From contig CAWCNS010000011.1 in assembly GCA_963796965.1 (NCBI GenBank), positions 544,001 to 608,000 on the forward strand: a stretch of 64,000 nt of DNA, given 5' to 3'. How positions within the stretch are numbered: the stretch's first letter is position 1; each line of letters opens with the position of its first letter. The notes under the pieces were generated by a model that was not told the origin of the DNA, ran no database searches, and saw only the letters and a program-made list of their open reading frames with translations. Both the position numbers and the translations under genes were made by a program. Of the stretch, positions 1 through 10,950 are shown one piece after another. The DNA is from Calditrichia bacterium. Its GTDB lineage: Bacteria; Calditrichota; Calditrichia; JAJRVZ01.

Positions 1-731
1 AACAAATTTCCACCACGAGTGCGAACAGCTATCTTACTATTCTTTTCTCTAAAACTATTCGCCACACTAAGTACACAAGCCGTAACACCACTACCACAGG
101 AAAGGGTCTCAGCATCCACCCCCCTTTCAAATGTTCTGACGACCAGTTCATCTCTTGTATCGGATCTTTCGACAAAATTAACATTTGTACCTTCAGGCTC
201 ATAGTAAGTATGAAACCGTAGCGTTTTCCCTAATTGTTCTACAGGTGCATTTGTGACCTCATCGCACAATAATACGACATGAGGAACACCAGTATCAAGA
301 AAATCTATGAAAGATATGGATTCTGGTAGTTTAAAATCAACAGGAAATTTGCGAGAATCTTTATTTTTGTGATATTTAACTTCCACTTTAACCAGATTCT
401 GCGCCAATATTTCACCAGAATGTACACCATCACCAGCTTCAAAACTGTGCGTTTTGTCAATAACTTTCAATAAAAAAGCGATGTAACAAATACATCGGCT
501 ACCATTCACGCACATCTCTGATTCATAACCATCTGAGTTAAAATAACGCATCCGGAAATCAGCACTATCTGAATTTTCGAGCAATAACAATCCATCAGCT
601 CCGATGCCTGTGTGCCTGGTACAAATTTTTTTCACAAATGTATGGTCGGTTGAAGGAAAGATTTTATTCCGATTATCAACAGCGATAAAATCATTGCCTG
701 TACCATGAATTTTAAAAAAATCAAATTCCAT
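1..731 (-). CDS. dapF: diaminopimelate epimerase (3' end runs off the window)
   Basis: Translated by hand from ATG at 731: MEFDFFKIHGTGNDFI...RHTGIGADG...EMCVNGSRC...DTGVPH...GTNVNFV...RTFERGV..ETLSCGSG, the canonical DapF motifs. Absent from the ORF track because no stop lies in the window. Confidence 0.95.
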   Translation of the reverse strand, partial: MEFDFFKIHGTGNDFIAVDNRNKIFPSTDHTFVKKICTRHTGIGADGLLLLENSDSADFRMRYFNSDGYESEMCVNGSRCICYIAFLLKVIDKTHSFEAGDGVHSGEILAQNLVKVEVKYHKNKDSRKFPVDFKLPESISFIDFLDTGVPHVVLLCDEVTNAPVEQLGKTLRFHTYYEPEGTNVNFVERSDTRDELVVRTFERGVDAETLSCGSGVTACVLSVANSFREKNSKIAVRTRGGNL

Positions 732-737
732 ACAAGA

Positions 738-2438
738 TTAAATTCCTGGAATCAATAAATGTAGATCAGAAAGATCCCACCGTTTTCTAACCCGAAGGGT
801 ATCATCCTGAATTATGTATGGCTCAGAAAAAATAAAAGGATTTAAACTACCTGGTGAATATCTTCCATTTTTATCTCTATCTACATAACCACCCAACTTA
901 TACTTGCCTTCTGGCACCCAATTAATAATAAACATCCCACTCTCATCGATGGGCACCGAATAAGTCCGTTTACCACTCAGAGCCATAAACAGGATATAGA
1001 CATCCTCCTCCACTTTGCCATCCGAGTCCAATTCCCCACTAACAGATCCAAATTCATCTTCAGAAAGGGTGAAAAACGTATTTGCATATGTTGTATCTTT
1101 AGAGAGAGTATCACCCCATAACGTTTTCAAATTGGTTGTACTAAAGTTATAAATATATGTTTTTTCGGGCAATATTTTCGTATCTGGCCAAAAATATCCA
1201 TTGGACAATTCCACCCAAGACCAAATACCATTTAAATTCACGCTATCCTCTGACATAAAACTAAATCTATCTGAATATGATATCGTATCTACCGGGAGTG
1301 AGAATTCAGTCCTTACTTTTACACTCAGGTCTATTTGAGACATACTATCAGCTGGCGCTATCTTTAATAATTCAAATCTCGTAGTATCCTTTTTTGTGCT
1401 AGCCACGAATTCTACCACCTGATTCATATCTTGCAAATTACCTGTGGTATCTGTGATTTGCGGGACACTTAGACGATAAACTGATCCTGAATCTTGTGGT
1501 ACCGTATAAATATTAAAATATTTCGGCTCTTCTTTATTTCGTGCCAGGCCAAGAATCGAGAGCGTATTCCCGATTAATGTGTCTACAATGGTAACCATTG
1601 CAGATGTCAAATCATCAATTTCTTCACTAAATCGCAATTGGATAGTTCGGTTATCTATAGCTCTTGCGCCCGAGATTTCAGGTAATGTTGTGTCAATCCT
1701 GGTTGGTACAAAATGCAAAGGCCCTACAGCACCTGAGGAACTATCAAGTTTAACATCTTCAGTTGGAATTCCAATTCTCTCGCCTACCGCATCGAGGATA
1801 AAATTCTTATTCAGATCCTCAATAACGAAAATCCGATAGTACCCTTTAGGTAAATATCTTAACCAGAATTTTCCATCGGGTCCGGCTTGGCTCAGAAAGT
1901 CGGCTTCAACATATTGAGGATCAAGAGAATCTGGATTCGTATTTTTATAGGCATAAACATAATAGACCTCATTTTTATCAACACCAAAGACCCTACCATA
2001 TATTTCCCCCTTATCGAGAGAATCGCCCGTAGCAAAGGCCAGTTGAAATGAATCGGACATTCTATTCTTTCTCATATCCATGGCGCCAGAACCAATCGTA
2101 ATTACATAAGTCTGGTCATTAGTGAATGTATCCGTTAACGTCAACGTAAGTTCATCTCCACCAGACCAGTCTGTCTCATACTCAAGAGGTGGAGAAAGAA
2201 AAATAGATTTTTGCACCGATCCTTCATTCATTCTTTCAGAAAAATAAAATATAATTTCTTCTATAGACTCTAATCCTGTTGAATCAGGTCTCGGCTCCGT
2301 TGAAAGAATGAAAGGGGGTGTTTTATCAACAGGTCCTCCTCCAGGTCGGCCCCGCGACGCACAGGAAAACTGAGAAAGAAAAAGACTCAACACAGATACC
2401 CAGACAAATAGTTTTACTGCAATTCTGGCATCAATCAT
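738..2438 (-). CDS. Ig-like (Big_5-type) domain lipoprotein
   Basis: Signal peptide ending in SC, then CASRGRPGGGPVDKTPP and FSERM, typical of the FCB-group Ig-like lipoprotein family; DxN/DxDxNG calcium-type motifs. Confidence 0.75.
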   Translation of the reverse strand: MIDARIAVKLFVWVSVLSLFLSQFSCASRGRPGGGPVDKTPPFILSTEPRPDSTGLESIEEIIFYFSERMNEGSVQKSIFLSPPLEYETDWSGGDELTLTLTDTFTNDQTYVITIGSGAMDMRKNRMSDSFQLAFATGDSLDKGEIYGRVFGVDKNEVYYVYAYKNTNPDSLDPQYVEADFLSQAGPDGKFWLRYLPKGYYRIFVIEDLNKNFILDAVGERIGIPTEDVKLDSSSGAVGPLHFVPTRIDTTLPEISGARAIDNRTIQLRFSEEIDDLTSAMVTIVDTLIGNTLSILGLARNKEEPKYFNIYTVPQDSGSVYRLSVPQITDTTGNLQDMNQVVEFVASTKKDTTRFELLKIAPADSMSQIDLSVKVRTEFSLPVDTISYSDRFSFMSEDSVNLNGIWSWVELSNGYFWPDTKILPEKTYIYNFSTTNLKTLWGDTLSKDTTYANTFFTLSEDEFGSVSGELDSDGKVEEDVYILFMALSGKRTYSVPIDESGMFIINWVPEGKYKLGGYVDRDKNGRYSPGSLNPFIFSEPYIIQDDTLRVRKRWDLSDLHLLIPGI

Positions 2439-2602
2439 ACAATAAATTAAAGATATTACCTAAAATATAAAAATTTAAATACACCCTTTTATTCATTTTA
2501 AATCTGTAGGAAATCCGAAAAATAACCGGCCTTATAAGTTTGATCGCTGAAAGGACGATAAATACACATCCTCACATCCCCTCTATCAATTGATTACACC
2601 GC

Positions 2603-3850
2603 TCAATCATATTCAGATTGAAAAGATGATTCTAATGATGCTTTTAGATCCTGCAAATTCCATTCTCCGGGGAGCAGAGAAAAGCATTTCATTACATCTA
2701 TAACCATTTCCCCTTTCAAATGTCGCTTGGACCACCGCGGAAGGATACGATAACCCCCTTTTATATTAACAACTACCACAGGCACCTGAGCACTTAATAT
2801 GAAACGAATGGTACTGTATTTAAAATCCCCTAAACGCCCATCCCATGTTCGTTCTCCCTCCGGAAATATTCCAATACAATGGCCTGTTTTTAATCGTCGG
2901 ATTGCCTGCCGTATTACAATTGGATCGGTTTCATATCGTCTGTTAGGTATTGACCGATAAGCCCTCAAAATAGGCTGCAAAATTCTATTTGCAAAAGAAG
3001 TGCTTTTTGTAAAAAACCCTATTCGTCTCGGCGAAAGAGTAGACAGGAGAATAGGATCCAAATAACTTTCATGATTGGCAATTAGAATACAGGGACCTTG
3101 ACGTGGAATTAGTTCTTTGTTTCTGAATTGAAGATTTGCGGAATGCTTTAAATAATGGGTGACAGGAAGGCCAATGAGAAGATGCAGAATTAATTCAAAT
3201 ATAGAAAACTTTTCTTTAAACCTATTTGCATCAGCTGTAGGATGTGGAATTAATGGTTTTAGTGGCGAGGGAATTTTGTATTTTAATATGGGTTGATGTT
3301 CAATGAACGCACCAAACGAAGAATACTGTTTATACCACTTTATTAACAAATCCTCATATTTTAAGGGACTTTCTTCTTTAAAATATATTTGAAAAAAGGG
3401 TTTATCCCTGATCTTAAACTCCAGGTATTTAGAATTTGTGGAAAATCCCATTATATCGGATATATTAAAGATCCAACTGGTCTGCGCACCTTGGAATCTT
3501 AATCGATCTTCCTCAATCTTCAAGATACCCTCCGCAACATCAACTGGTTTTTCAATAATCGTGTACTCTCTCTCAAATCCCCTAAAAATCATCCTTTTTA
3601 TTCCTTGCCGTAGGATCGCCTGCTTTGATTCCCTCAGTACAGGACCCTTAGATATTGTTCTTATTAATAATTTTTGTTTGATAAGATCATAAAAATAGGG
3701 CAATTCATATTGTATGTTACTAAAAGTTATAAAGTTATTGAGGAACGGGAAATGACTCTGACAAGTGGAACAGTGGAGGGAATTACCAATCTGGTTTATC
3801 GTGTCTTCTTCATGGCAGACAGGACAGAGATAAATGAGTTTTTTAATCAT
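2603..3850 (-). CDS. lysophospholipid (PlsC-like) acyltransferase with N-terminal Cys4 zinc-ribbon-like domain
   Basis: C-terminal NHESYLD and IFPEGER acyltransferase motifs; N-terminal CPVC..CSTC. Confidence 0.8.
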   Translation of the reverse strand: MIKKLIYLCPVCHEEDTINQIGNSLHCSTCQSHFPFLNNFITFSNIQYELPYFYDLIKQKLLIRTISKGPVLRESKQAILRQGIKRMIFRGFEREYTIIEKPVDVAEGILKIEEDRLRFQGAQTSWIFNISDIMGFSTNSKYLEFKIRDKPFFQIYFKEESPLKYEDLLIKWYKQYSSFGAFIEHQPILKYKIPSPLKPLIPHPTADANRFKEKFSIFELILHLLIGLPVTHYLKHSANLQFRNKELIPRQGPCILIANHESYLDPILLSTLSPRRIGFFTKSTSFANRILQPILRAYRSIPNRRYETDPIVIRQAIRRLKTGHCIGIFPEGERTWDGRLGDFKYSTIRFILSAQVPVVVVNIKGGYRILPRWSKRHLKGEMVIDVMKCFSLLPGEWNLQDLKASLESSFQSEYD

Positions 3851-3857
3851 CCAGTAT

Positions 3858-3905
3858 AAAAAACCATATTTGCTAAATTTGTTAATGCTTTAGCAAATAT
3901 GGTTT
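3858..3905 (-). terminator. intrinsic terminator after rplS
   Basis: 17-bp inverted repeat aaaccatatttgctaaa / tttagcaaatatggttt with a T-run on the minus strand. Confidence 0.75.
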
Positions 3906-3918
3906 CAATTCGATTTTT

Positions 3919-4257
3919 CTATTTTTCAGCGATACGAGCAGCTTTACCGCGTAATTTTCTAAGGTAGTACAATTTCGCCCGACGAACACGACCAATTTTT
4001 TTATTCTCAATCTTGGCTATGCGTGGGGAGTGCATAGGAAAGATACGCTCAACACCAACACCGTTCGATACTTTGTGGACGGTAAATGTTTCATGAATAC
4101 CGCCGCCTTTTCGGCGAATACACACACCTTCAAAAATCTGGATACGTTCCTTTTCACCTTCAATCACTCGTGTATGAACGCGCAGCGTGTCACCGGCTTT
4201 AAATTCCGGATGGTCCGTTCTTAGTTGATTCGCTGTAATAGTATTTATTAAGTCCAT
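3919..4257 (-). CDS. rplS: 50S ribosomal protein L19
   Basis: [33 protein letters not shown]; start taken at ATG 4257 behind an AGGTGA RBS. Confidence 0.98.
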   Translation of the reverse strand: MDLINTITANQLRTDHPEFKAGDTLRVHTRVIEGEKERIQIFEGVCIRRKGGGIHETFTVHKVSNGVGVERIFPMHSPRIAKIENKKIGRVRRAKLYYLRKLRGKAARIAEK

Positions 4258-4258
4258 T

Positions 4259-4963
4259 TCAATCACCTATCTTCTTTAAATATTTTTTATATAAATCAGG
4301 ACGTCTGTCCTTTGTAATTTTTTCTTTTTGATCCAGTCGCCATTTGTCTATTTTATCATGATCCCCGGAAAGCAAGACTTCTGGCACTGATATTCCTTTA
4401 AAATGTTCTGGCCGCGTATAGTAATCGCAATCCAGTAAATTGTCGCTAAATGAGTCAGTGAAGGCCGATTCCATATCGCCTAAAACACCTGGCAATAAGC
4501 GTACAACAGCATCTACAATTGCCGTTGCTGGAATCTCTCCGCCCGACAAAACAAAATCCCCTAATGAGATTTCAGTAATGGGGAAAAAAGACTTAAGCCT
4601 CTCGTCTATACCTTTATAGTGACCGCAGATTATAACCAGATGCTCCAACAGTGATAGTTTTACAGATTTGGCCTGGTCAAATTTTTCACCCCTGGGAGAA
4701 GTTAAGAGAATTTCCCTTGAAGTATATTTACTCTTTTCCAAGATCTCAGTCACACATTTGTAAAGAGGTTCGATCTTGAATACCATGCCGGCACCACCGC
4801 CATACGGTGCATCATCAACTGTCTTATGCTTATCCTCTGTCCAGTCTCTAAGATCGTGAACTTGGATATTTACAATACTTTTTTTTACCGCGCGGCCGAT
4901 TATACTTTCCTGTAATGGTGTGGATACCATATTGGGAAAAGTGGTTATAATATCTATCTGCAT
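4259..4963 (-). CDS. trmD: tRNA (guanine37-N1)-methyltransferase
   Basis: [34 protein letters not shown]; conserved operon position. Confidence 0.98.
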   Translation of the reverse strand: MQIDIITTFPNMVSTPLQESIIGRAVKKSIVNIQVHDLRDWTEDKHKTVDDAPYGGGAGMVFKIEPLYKCVTEILEKSKYTSREILLTSPRGEKFDQAKSVKLSLLEHLVIICGHYKGIDERLKSFFPITEISLGDFVLSGGEIPATAIVDAVVRLLPGVLGDMESAFTDSFSDNLLDCDYYTRPEHFKGISVPEVLLSGDHDKIDKWRLDQKEKITKDRRPDLYKKYLKKIGD

Positions 4964-4971
4964 ATATTATA

Positions 4972-5472
4972 TCAATCGACTAAGCCTTCTAACAAGTGAA
5001 TCGTTACACGTTTGTTTGCTATATCCACATGTTCGATTACATCCTTTATTGCAGGGATAAGAATCTCTTCACCGGATTTACTCTCAATAACATACACATC
5101 ATTGCTGCTTATTTGCAAAACTTCCCGGATAACTCCTATTTCCTGACCTCTATCTGAAACAACCTGGCATCCAATAAGATCATGTATAAAAAACTCATTA
5201 TCAGCCGGCGGAATCAAATCTTTCTCCTTAATAAAAATCTCGCCCCCTCTTAACTCTTCTGCATCATTACGAGATTCTATTCCGCGGAGTTTAAAAAAAA
5301 CAAACCTGTTGGAAATTCTTGATTTCTCGACAAAATAGGCTTGCTCTTCATTTTTTAAAACTATATATATTTTTTCTAATTGTTTATATCGCCTAATGTC
5401 GGGTGAAACAGAATTAATTTTTATTTCACCTTTAATCCCTTGTGGCTTTAAGACATAACCAATCAGATACAT
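4972..5472 (-). CDS. rimM: 16S rRNA processing protein RimM
   Basis: KPQGIKGEI, FFIHDLIGC, SNDVYVI, ILIPAI; lies between khpA and trmD. Confidence 0.95.
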   Translation of the reverse strand: MYLIGYVLKPQGIKGEIKINSVSPDIRRYKQLEKIYIVLKNEEQAYFVEKSRISNRFVFFKLRGIESRNDAEELRGGEIFIKEKDLIPPADNEFFIHDLIGCQVVSDRGQEIGVIREVLQISSNDVYVIESKSGEEILIPAIKDVIEHVDIANKRVTIHLLEGLVD

Positions 5473-5482
5473 TAATTCAAAA

Positions 5483-5713
5483 CTATTCTAAGATTTCAAG
5501 GACAGCTCTTTTACCTGCTTTAGCAGAGGCAGCACCTAATAAAGTCCTGATGGACTTTGCAGTTTGACCGTGTTTCCCAATGACCTTTCCAAGATCACCA
5601 TCTCCAACACGCAGTTCATACACAGTCACCCGCTCTCCATCAACTTCGGTTACTTGCACTTCGTCAGGCTTGTCAACGAGGTGTTTAGCGATGTACTCAA
5701 CAAATTCTTTCAT
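5483..5713 (-). CDS. khpA: KH-domain RNA-binding protein (KhpA/YlqC family)
   Basis: [20 protein letters not shown]xxG loop; lies between rpsP and rimM. Confidence 0.93.
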   Translation of the reverse strand: MKEFVEYIAKHLVDKPDEVQVTEVDGERVTVYELRVGDGDLGKVIGKHGQTAKSIRTLLGAASAKAGKRAVLEILE

Positions 5714-5767
5714 CTCGATTCCTCCTAGAGTGTAGATCTACAATGAACGGTAACTCCAATTAGACTA

Positions 5768-6515
5768 TTATTCATCCTTTGAATCTGCTTTTGCAGCAGC
5801 ATCGTCTGCTGCATTTTTATCATCACTTGCCTTTTCTGCTGTATCATTTTTTGTCTTTTTTGTGCTCTCTTCTTCCTCGGCCACCTCAGGCTTCTTTTCT
5901 TCCTCAGCTGGAGCCTCTTCAACAGTCTCAATCTTGGGTTCTTCAACTGCTTCTTCTTTTTGCTCCTCAACAGGTTCTGCAACGACATCTTCTTCTTTTT
6001 CTTCGGCAACCACTTCTGCAGGTTCAGTCTCCTTAGTTTCAGACTACCTCAGGTTCACTCTCCTGAGCCTCCACTGGTTCAGGCGCTGCAACTACCGGTT
6101 CTTCCGCAACACTTTCTTCTTGCTCTGCTTCTTTCTTGGCTGCTTTTTCCTTGGCTTTTTTCAACTTATTTGCTTCCTGGCGTTTCTGGCGCTCAAGTTG
6201 AAGTAGTTCCCATTTTTTCATTTCTTCTTCGATTTTTTCAGGTTCTAACCCACTTTTCTGCAATTCAAGACGATGCCAGATACCTTCTTTACGAAGCAGA
6301 CTTCTAACTGTGGTAGAGGGTTGTGCACCCTGCTCAAGCCAATAATAAATCCGATCTTCTTTCAATTCCAACTGATGCGGATGTTTCAGTGGATCATAAC
6401 TACCCACAATTTCAATAAAACGGCCATCTCTGGGTGAACGTTGATCTGCAGCAACCAAACGATAATATGGTCTTTTTTTACGGCCCATCCGTCGCAATCT
6501 CAATCTTACTGACAA
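5768..6515 (-). CDS. rpsP: 30S ribosomal protein S16 with long acidic C-terminal tail (1-nt insertion near 6042 splits the ORF)
   Basis: TTG start at 6515 after [36 protein letters not shown]. The E/A/P-rich tail continues in the 5768..6013 frame if one base is removed. Confidence 0.93.
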
Positions 6516-6541
6516 AGCTGTCTCCTTCTTAGTTTTAACAA

Positions 6542-7868
6542 TCAACCCATTGGAAAGGGCATCTTACCCATTCCTTTAAAGGGTTTTCTATTCATATTTT
6601 TCAACATTTTTTTCATTTGTCCAAATTGGTTCAACAGTCGGTTTACATCCTGCACACGGGTGCCGCTTCCAAGAGCAATTCTGCGCCTTCTGCTTCCATT
6701 CAATATTTTTGGATTTCGTCTTTCTATCAATGTCATAGAGTTAATGATAGCCTCAATGTAAACCAACGAGCGATCATCAACTTTCGCCCCTTTTATCTGG
6801 GCACCCATACCGGGAATCATTCCTAACAACTGATCAAGAGGGCCCATCTTTTTGATCTGCTGTAGTTGATCAAAAAAATCCTCAAGATTAAAATCTTGCT
6901 TTCTTAATTTTTTTTCCAGCTTCGCTGTGGTTTCCTGATCAATGTGTTTCCTGCGCTTTTTCAACCAGGGTGACCACATCACCCATACCCAAAATGCGTG
7001 ACGCCATTCGATCCGGGTAGAACTGCTCTACATCATCATACTTTTCACCCATACTAATAAACTTGATCGGCTTTTCGGTAACAGCTCTTATGGAAAGCGC
7101 CGCTCCTCCACGGGTGTCGCCATCAAGTTTAGTCAACACAATACCATCAAACTCCAAACGGTCACAAAACTCCTTAGCTGTGTTGACAGCATCCTGACCA
7201 GTCATACCATCTGCAACGAAAAGAATTTCATGAGGTTTCACTTTCGATTTAATTTCTTCAAGTTCCCTCATCATCTCATCATCAATATGCAGACGACCGG
7301 CCGTATCTAAGATCAAAACATCACAATTTTGTTTTCGCGCTTCAGCAATGGCATTTGAACAAATTTTTACAGCATCTTTGCTCTCTTCCGTGTAAACAGG
7401 TAGGTTAAGGTTTTTTCCTACTACTTGCAACTGCTCAATAGCAGCTGGACGGTAAATATCAGCTGCTACCAACATAGGATGTCGACCCTTTTTCCGGAAA
7501 AACTGTGCTAATTTTCCGGCAAAAGTAGTTTTACCTGATCCCTGCAAACCGGAGAGCATAACAATGGTAGGCGGTATTCCGGCAACCTTTATCTGTGTAG
7601 TTGTTTCTCCAAGCAAAGCGACCAGTTCAGAATGAACAATCTTGACAATCATCTGACCCGGGGTTACACTGCGTAGAACCTCCTGACCAACAGATTGCTC
7701 CTGAACAGATTCGACAAATTTCTTTACGACCTTGTAATTTACATCCGCCTCAAGAAGTGCCCGGCGGATCTCTTTCATTGAATCAGCAATATTCTTTTCG
7801 GTTAACTTCCCGTATCCCCGCAGATTTTGAAATACTGATTCAAGCTTTTGAGTAAGATCTTCTAACAT
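6542..7868 (-). CDS. ffh: signal recognition particle protein Ffh (split by one indel near 6945)
   Basis: [20 protein letters not shown] in 6939..7868; M-domain (FNLEDF..QIKKMG..MIPGM, ERRNP) in 6542..6982. Confidence 0.97.
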
Positions 7869-7989
7869 ATAATAATAATCTAAATTTGGTCAATAGCCTT
7901 GAAATTTAAATAAATATCATTGCCTTAGCAATAATTTATTGAATTTTTAAAATTGTTTTAGGGCTTTTTTAGAGGACTTTTCCAGGTGC

Positions 7990-9318
7990 TTATAATTCTT
8001 TCTGAAGTTTTACAGCAAAAGACCCTTCCATATCATGGATATGTGGGAAAGTACGCACATATTTATTGTCAACTGAAAAGGTCTGAAACGACTCTGGGGG
8101 AGGTACTATTCGATATGTGTTTGGATTCTTACTTAAGAAGTCCTCAATGACTGCTTCATTCTCAGAAGGATCAACTGTGCATGTACTATAAATCAGGTAT
8201 CCTCCAGGTTTGAGTATCCGATCGGCATCTTTCAATATCTTTAATTGTAACGTCTGGAACTGAAATATCTCCTCAAGTGTGCGTCGCCATTTAATATCAG
8301 GATTTTTCTGAATCGTGCCCAATCCTGAACACGGTGCATCCACTAGGATTTGGTCAAAAGTTTTATTTTGAACTGGAGCTGACTGCGCATCTCCTATAAC
8401 TACCATAGCATCTGAGAAACCCAGGCGGCGGCAATTCTCTCTGATTTTAAGAATTCTTCCCTGCTGTGATTCCAATGCCATTATTTTTGATCCTGCATTC
8501 TTTTCTAATAAGGCTGTGTATTTCCCACCCGGTGCAGCGCAAGCATCAAGGATAGATTCACCTTCTTCAGGCTGAATCAATTGTGTAACTAAATAGCCAC
8601 TCTCATCCTGAATTGTGCATAGACCCTTTTGTAGCATACCAGTCTTTATGATACTTTGAAGATCACTTATTCGAAACATATCTTCGAAGTACTTAGAAGA
8701 AGTGAAATTAATCTTGGCTTCTACAAGGGCTGCTTTAAATTCATCTTTTTGAATTCTTTGTAGATTAATTCGTACATCAAATAAAGGACGCTCGTTCATG
8801 GATTGACACATTTCCTGAACAAAATCAATATCCCAAACACCCAGCCATCTCTTTATCAACCATTCAGGATATGAGTATCTTACTGCTAATCTGGTATCCG
8901 CATATTTAAACTTTCTTAGCGGATCAAGACCACGACCTTCCCGAATATAAGTTCTTAATATGCCATTAACTGTCTTGAAATTTGCTGCCGGTAATTTTTT
9001 CTTGGCGATTGAGACATATTCGTTCACTGTGGCATGAGGGGGGATATGTTCCAGAAAATCGAGTTCGTAAATTCCCAGGCATAGAATTAATTTAAAATTA
9101 TTAAGTGCTTTTTTGTAATTTCCATTGAATAGAGAAGAGATTTTCCAGTCAAAAAGGCTGCGGTGTCGGACGACTCCTGAAACGAGATTATAGATAAATT
9201 TTCGCTCTTTGTCGGATAGGTCACCTGTCCGAAGATGTTTTTCGAAAAGATCATCCAATCTGTTTTTTTCTCGTTCAAATTCCAGCAATATTCGAATTGC
9301 TGTTTCGCGCGCGTTCAT
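7990..9318 (-). CDS. rsmB: 16S rRNA (cytosine967-C5)-methyltransferase RsmB/Sun
   Basis: N-terminal NusB-like domain; DACAAPGGK, VDAPCSGLG and YSTCT motifs. Confidence 0.95.
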   Translation of the reverse strand: MNARETAIRILLEFEREKNRLDDLFEKHLRTGDLSDKERKFIYNLVSGVVRHRSLFDWKISSLFNGNYKKALNNFKLILCLGIYELDFLEHIPPHATVNEYVSIAKKKLPAANFKTVNGILRTYIREGRGLDPLRKFKYADTRLAVRYSYPEWLIKRWLGVWDIDFVQEMCQSMNERPLFDVRINLQRIQKDEFKAALVEAKINFTSSKYFEDMFRISDLQSIIKTGMLQKGLCTIQDESGYLVTQLIQPEEGESILDACAAPGGKYTALLEKNAGSKIMALESQQGRILKIRENCRRLGFSDAMVVIGDAQSAPVQNKTFDQILVDAPCSGLGTIQKNPDIKWRRTLEEIFQFQTLQLKILKDADRILKPGGYLIYSTCTVDPSENEAVIEDFLSKNPNTYRIVPPPESFQTFSVDNKYVRTFPHIHDMEGSFAVKLQKEL

Positions 9319-9328
9319 AGATTAGATG

Positions 9329-10144
9329 TCAAAAAGATTTTTGTATTGAAAAACTGAATTCCCCGATATTGGGGTTATAATTAAATCCCAGATCCATAGA
9401 ATTCTCTTCTATCTGGCGATTATGTGAATTTGCTAATCTAAGCGCATTAACCGCTGAGACCAGATGATTGAGGGCGATAGCGGCAAAAAAATACAAACGT
9501 TTGTTTTCAATTTCACGGGTCTCAATCCGGTAGGCATCGTAATCAAATCGACTAGATGTCAGGTCCCATTGCCAATAATAGAATCGGTTTTCCGGATATA
9601 GGCCATCGATATCCCGCTCCCGTCTTCTCTCTTCGTTGTACTCAAAAATATTGTCAAATTTCCCAATATCAATCCAAAATTGATTCACTTTACCTTCCCT
9701 GACAACATTTGCATGTTGAACAGCATAATTTTTATAGTCATTCTCTCTTAAATTTACATTTACAAGATTGGCAATAACCAACCCCCAACCAACGAGCTCA
9801 ATTCCTAGAAAGAGTTTGCTTTGAAAACTTTCACCAACATAGGCTTCACCGGTACCAGGCAGCAACAAACTATAAAAAAAGGCACGTGATGGTGATTTCC
9901 TTTCCAATTCTACTTTCTCATTATCAAAAGAAAACGTCAGCTTTGGATCAGACCAATTTTGACTCATTAACATCCGGCTTCCCGGTGAAAATGGCACGAC
10001 AAGAGAATCCTCCTGAGCCAATAGAGGTGCATGGTTTATTGTAAATAAAACCATCAGAAATAATATATATTTCGATCTTTTACCAGGTAACATTGACACC
10101 AAACATTTGCACATTTTCATCAAGATATCTCTTATTATAAGCAC
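9329..10144 (-). CDS. DUF5683-like exported membrane protein (true start probably slightly downstream of 10144)
   Basis: KSPSRAFFYSLLLPGTGEAY and NHLVSAVNA motifs; C-terminal Phe; paralog of the next gene. Confidence 0.6.
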   Translation of the reverse strand: MLIIRDILMKMCKCLVSMLPGKRSKYILFLMVLFTINHAPLLAQEDSLVVPFSPGSRMLMSQNWSDPKLTFSFDNEKVELERKSPSRAFFYSLLLPGTGEAYVGESFQSKLFLGIELVGWGLVIANLVNVNLRENDYKNYAVQHANVVREGKVNQFWIDIGKFDNIFEYNEERRRERDIDGLYPENRFYYWQWDLTSSRFDYDAYRIETREIENKRLYFFAAIALNHLVSAVNALRLANSHNRQIEENSMDLGFNYNPNIGEFSFSIQKSF

Positions 10145-10946
10145 GAATCTTTATGTTAATCTCACGATTATAACTGCGGGCTGTCCAGGCAGCATCCAAT
10201 GCACTTAATACGTGGTTTATTAAAATTATATTTGTCACAGTTGAGACTTTATCATAATAATCATTCATCCCATTACGCATATCCCGGTAAGTAAACATCT
10301 GAGGGGTCATATCGTCTGTATTACCATAATATTCCCGGTCGAAAACAGCATCTGCCCAACCGTTACCAAACTGTGTCAGGTATTTATAGATCATCTCATA
10401 GTATTGCTGGGTTTTTGTTTCAGGTAATCTATGCGAATGTCCTAAAGCATCCTCAAGAAAACGTAAACTTTTAATTACATCTGGATTATAGTCAATCAAT
10501 ATATTATTTTCATCAACTCGGTAGACGGGTAAAGTGCTAATTCCACTCTGTAAGGCTTCATAATAAAGTTTGGACCAATACCGTTGCTCACTCCAGTTTG
10601 CATTGGCATAGGCCTCCATTGCCTCTTCCTGATCACTCGCCTTGCCAGAATAAACAATATAAGCTGTCCATGACGCTACCTCTATCCCTGCAAAGAGAAT
10701 GACTTTCCATGTTGAACCGGCATAATATTGGCCCGTTCCGGGAATAACGGCAGAATATAACGCAGCCCGAATGACCGATTTTTCTTCATTGTCTTCAGAG
10801 ATCAAAGAATCTGTTTGCTGATAGGATGAATTTATCAGAACATGTTTTGCAAGGTTGGGCTCAAAATAGACTGTTTCGGATTTTTCTCCGGCCAGAAGCC
10901 CTTTACCAAAAATTAAAAGTAATGTTAGTATGTAGTATTTCATCAT
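10080..10946 (-). CDS. DUF5683-like exported membrane protein
   Basis: Signal peptide MMKYYILTLLLIF (start moved from 11054 to avoid overlap); KSVIRAALYSAVIPGTGQYY and NHVLSALDA motifs; C-terminal Trp. Confidence 0.6.
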   Translation of the reverse strand: MMKYYILTLLLIFGKGLLAGEKSETVYFEPNLAKHVLINSSYQQTDSLISEDNEEKSVIRAALYSAVIPGTGQYYAGSTWKVILFAGIEVASWTAYIVYSGKASDQEEAMEAYANANWSEQRYWSKLYYEALQSGISTLPVYRVDENNILIDYNPDVIKSLRFLEDALGHSHRLPETKTQQYYEMIYKYLTQFGNGWADAVFDREYYGNTDDMTPQMFTYRDMRNGMNDYYDKVSTVTNIILINHVLSALDAAWTARSYNREINIKIRAYNKRYLDENVQMFGVNVTW

Positions 10947-10950
10947 AGTT

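Noticed and set aside
5725..6009. Lys/Arg-rich 94-aa ORF resembling a histone-like protein
   Set aside because: It is the alternative reading frame of the GAA-rich acidic S16 tail.
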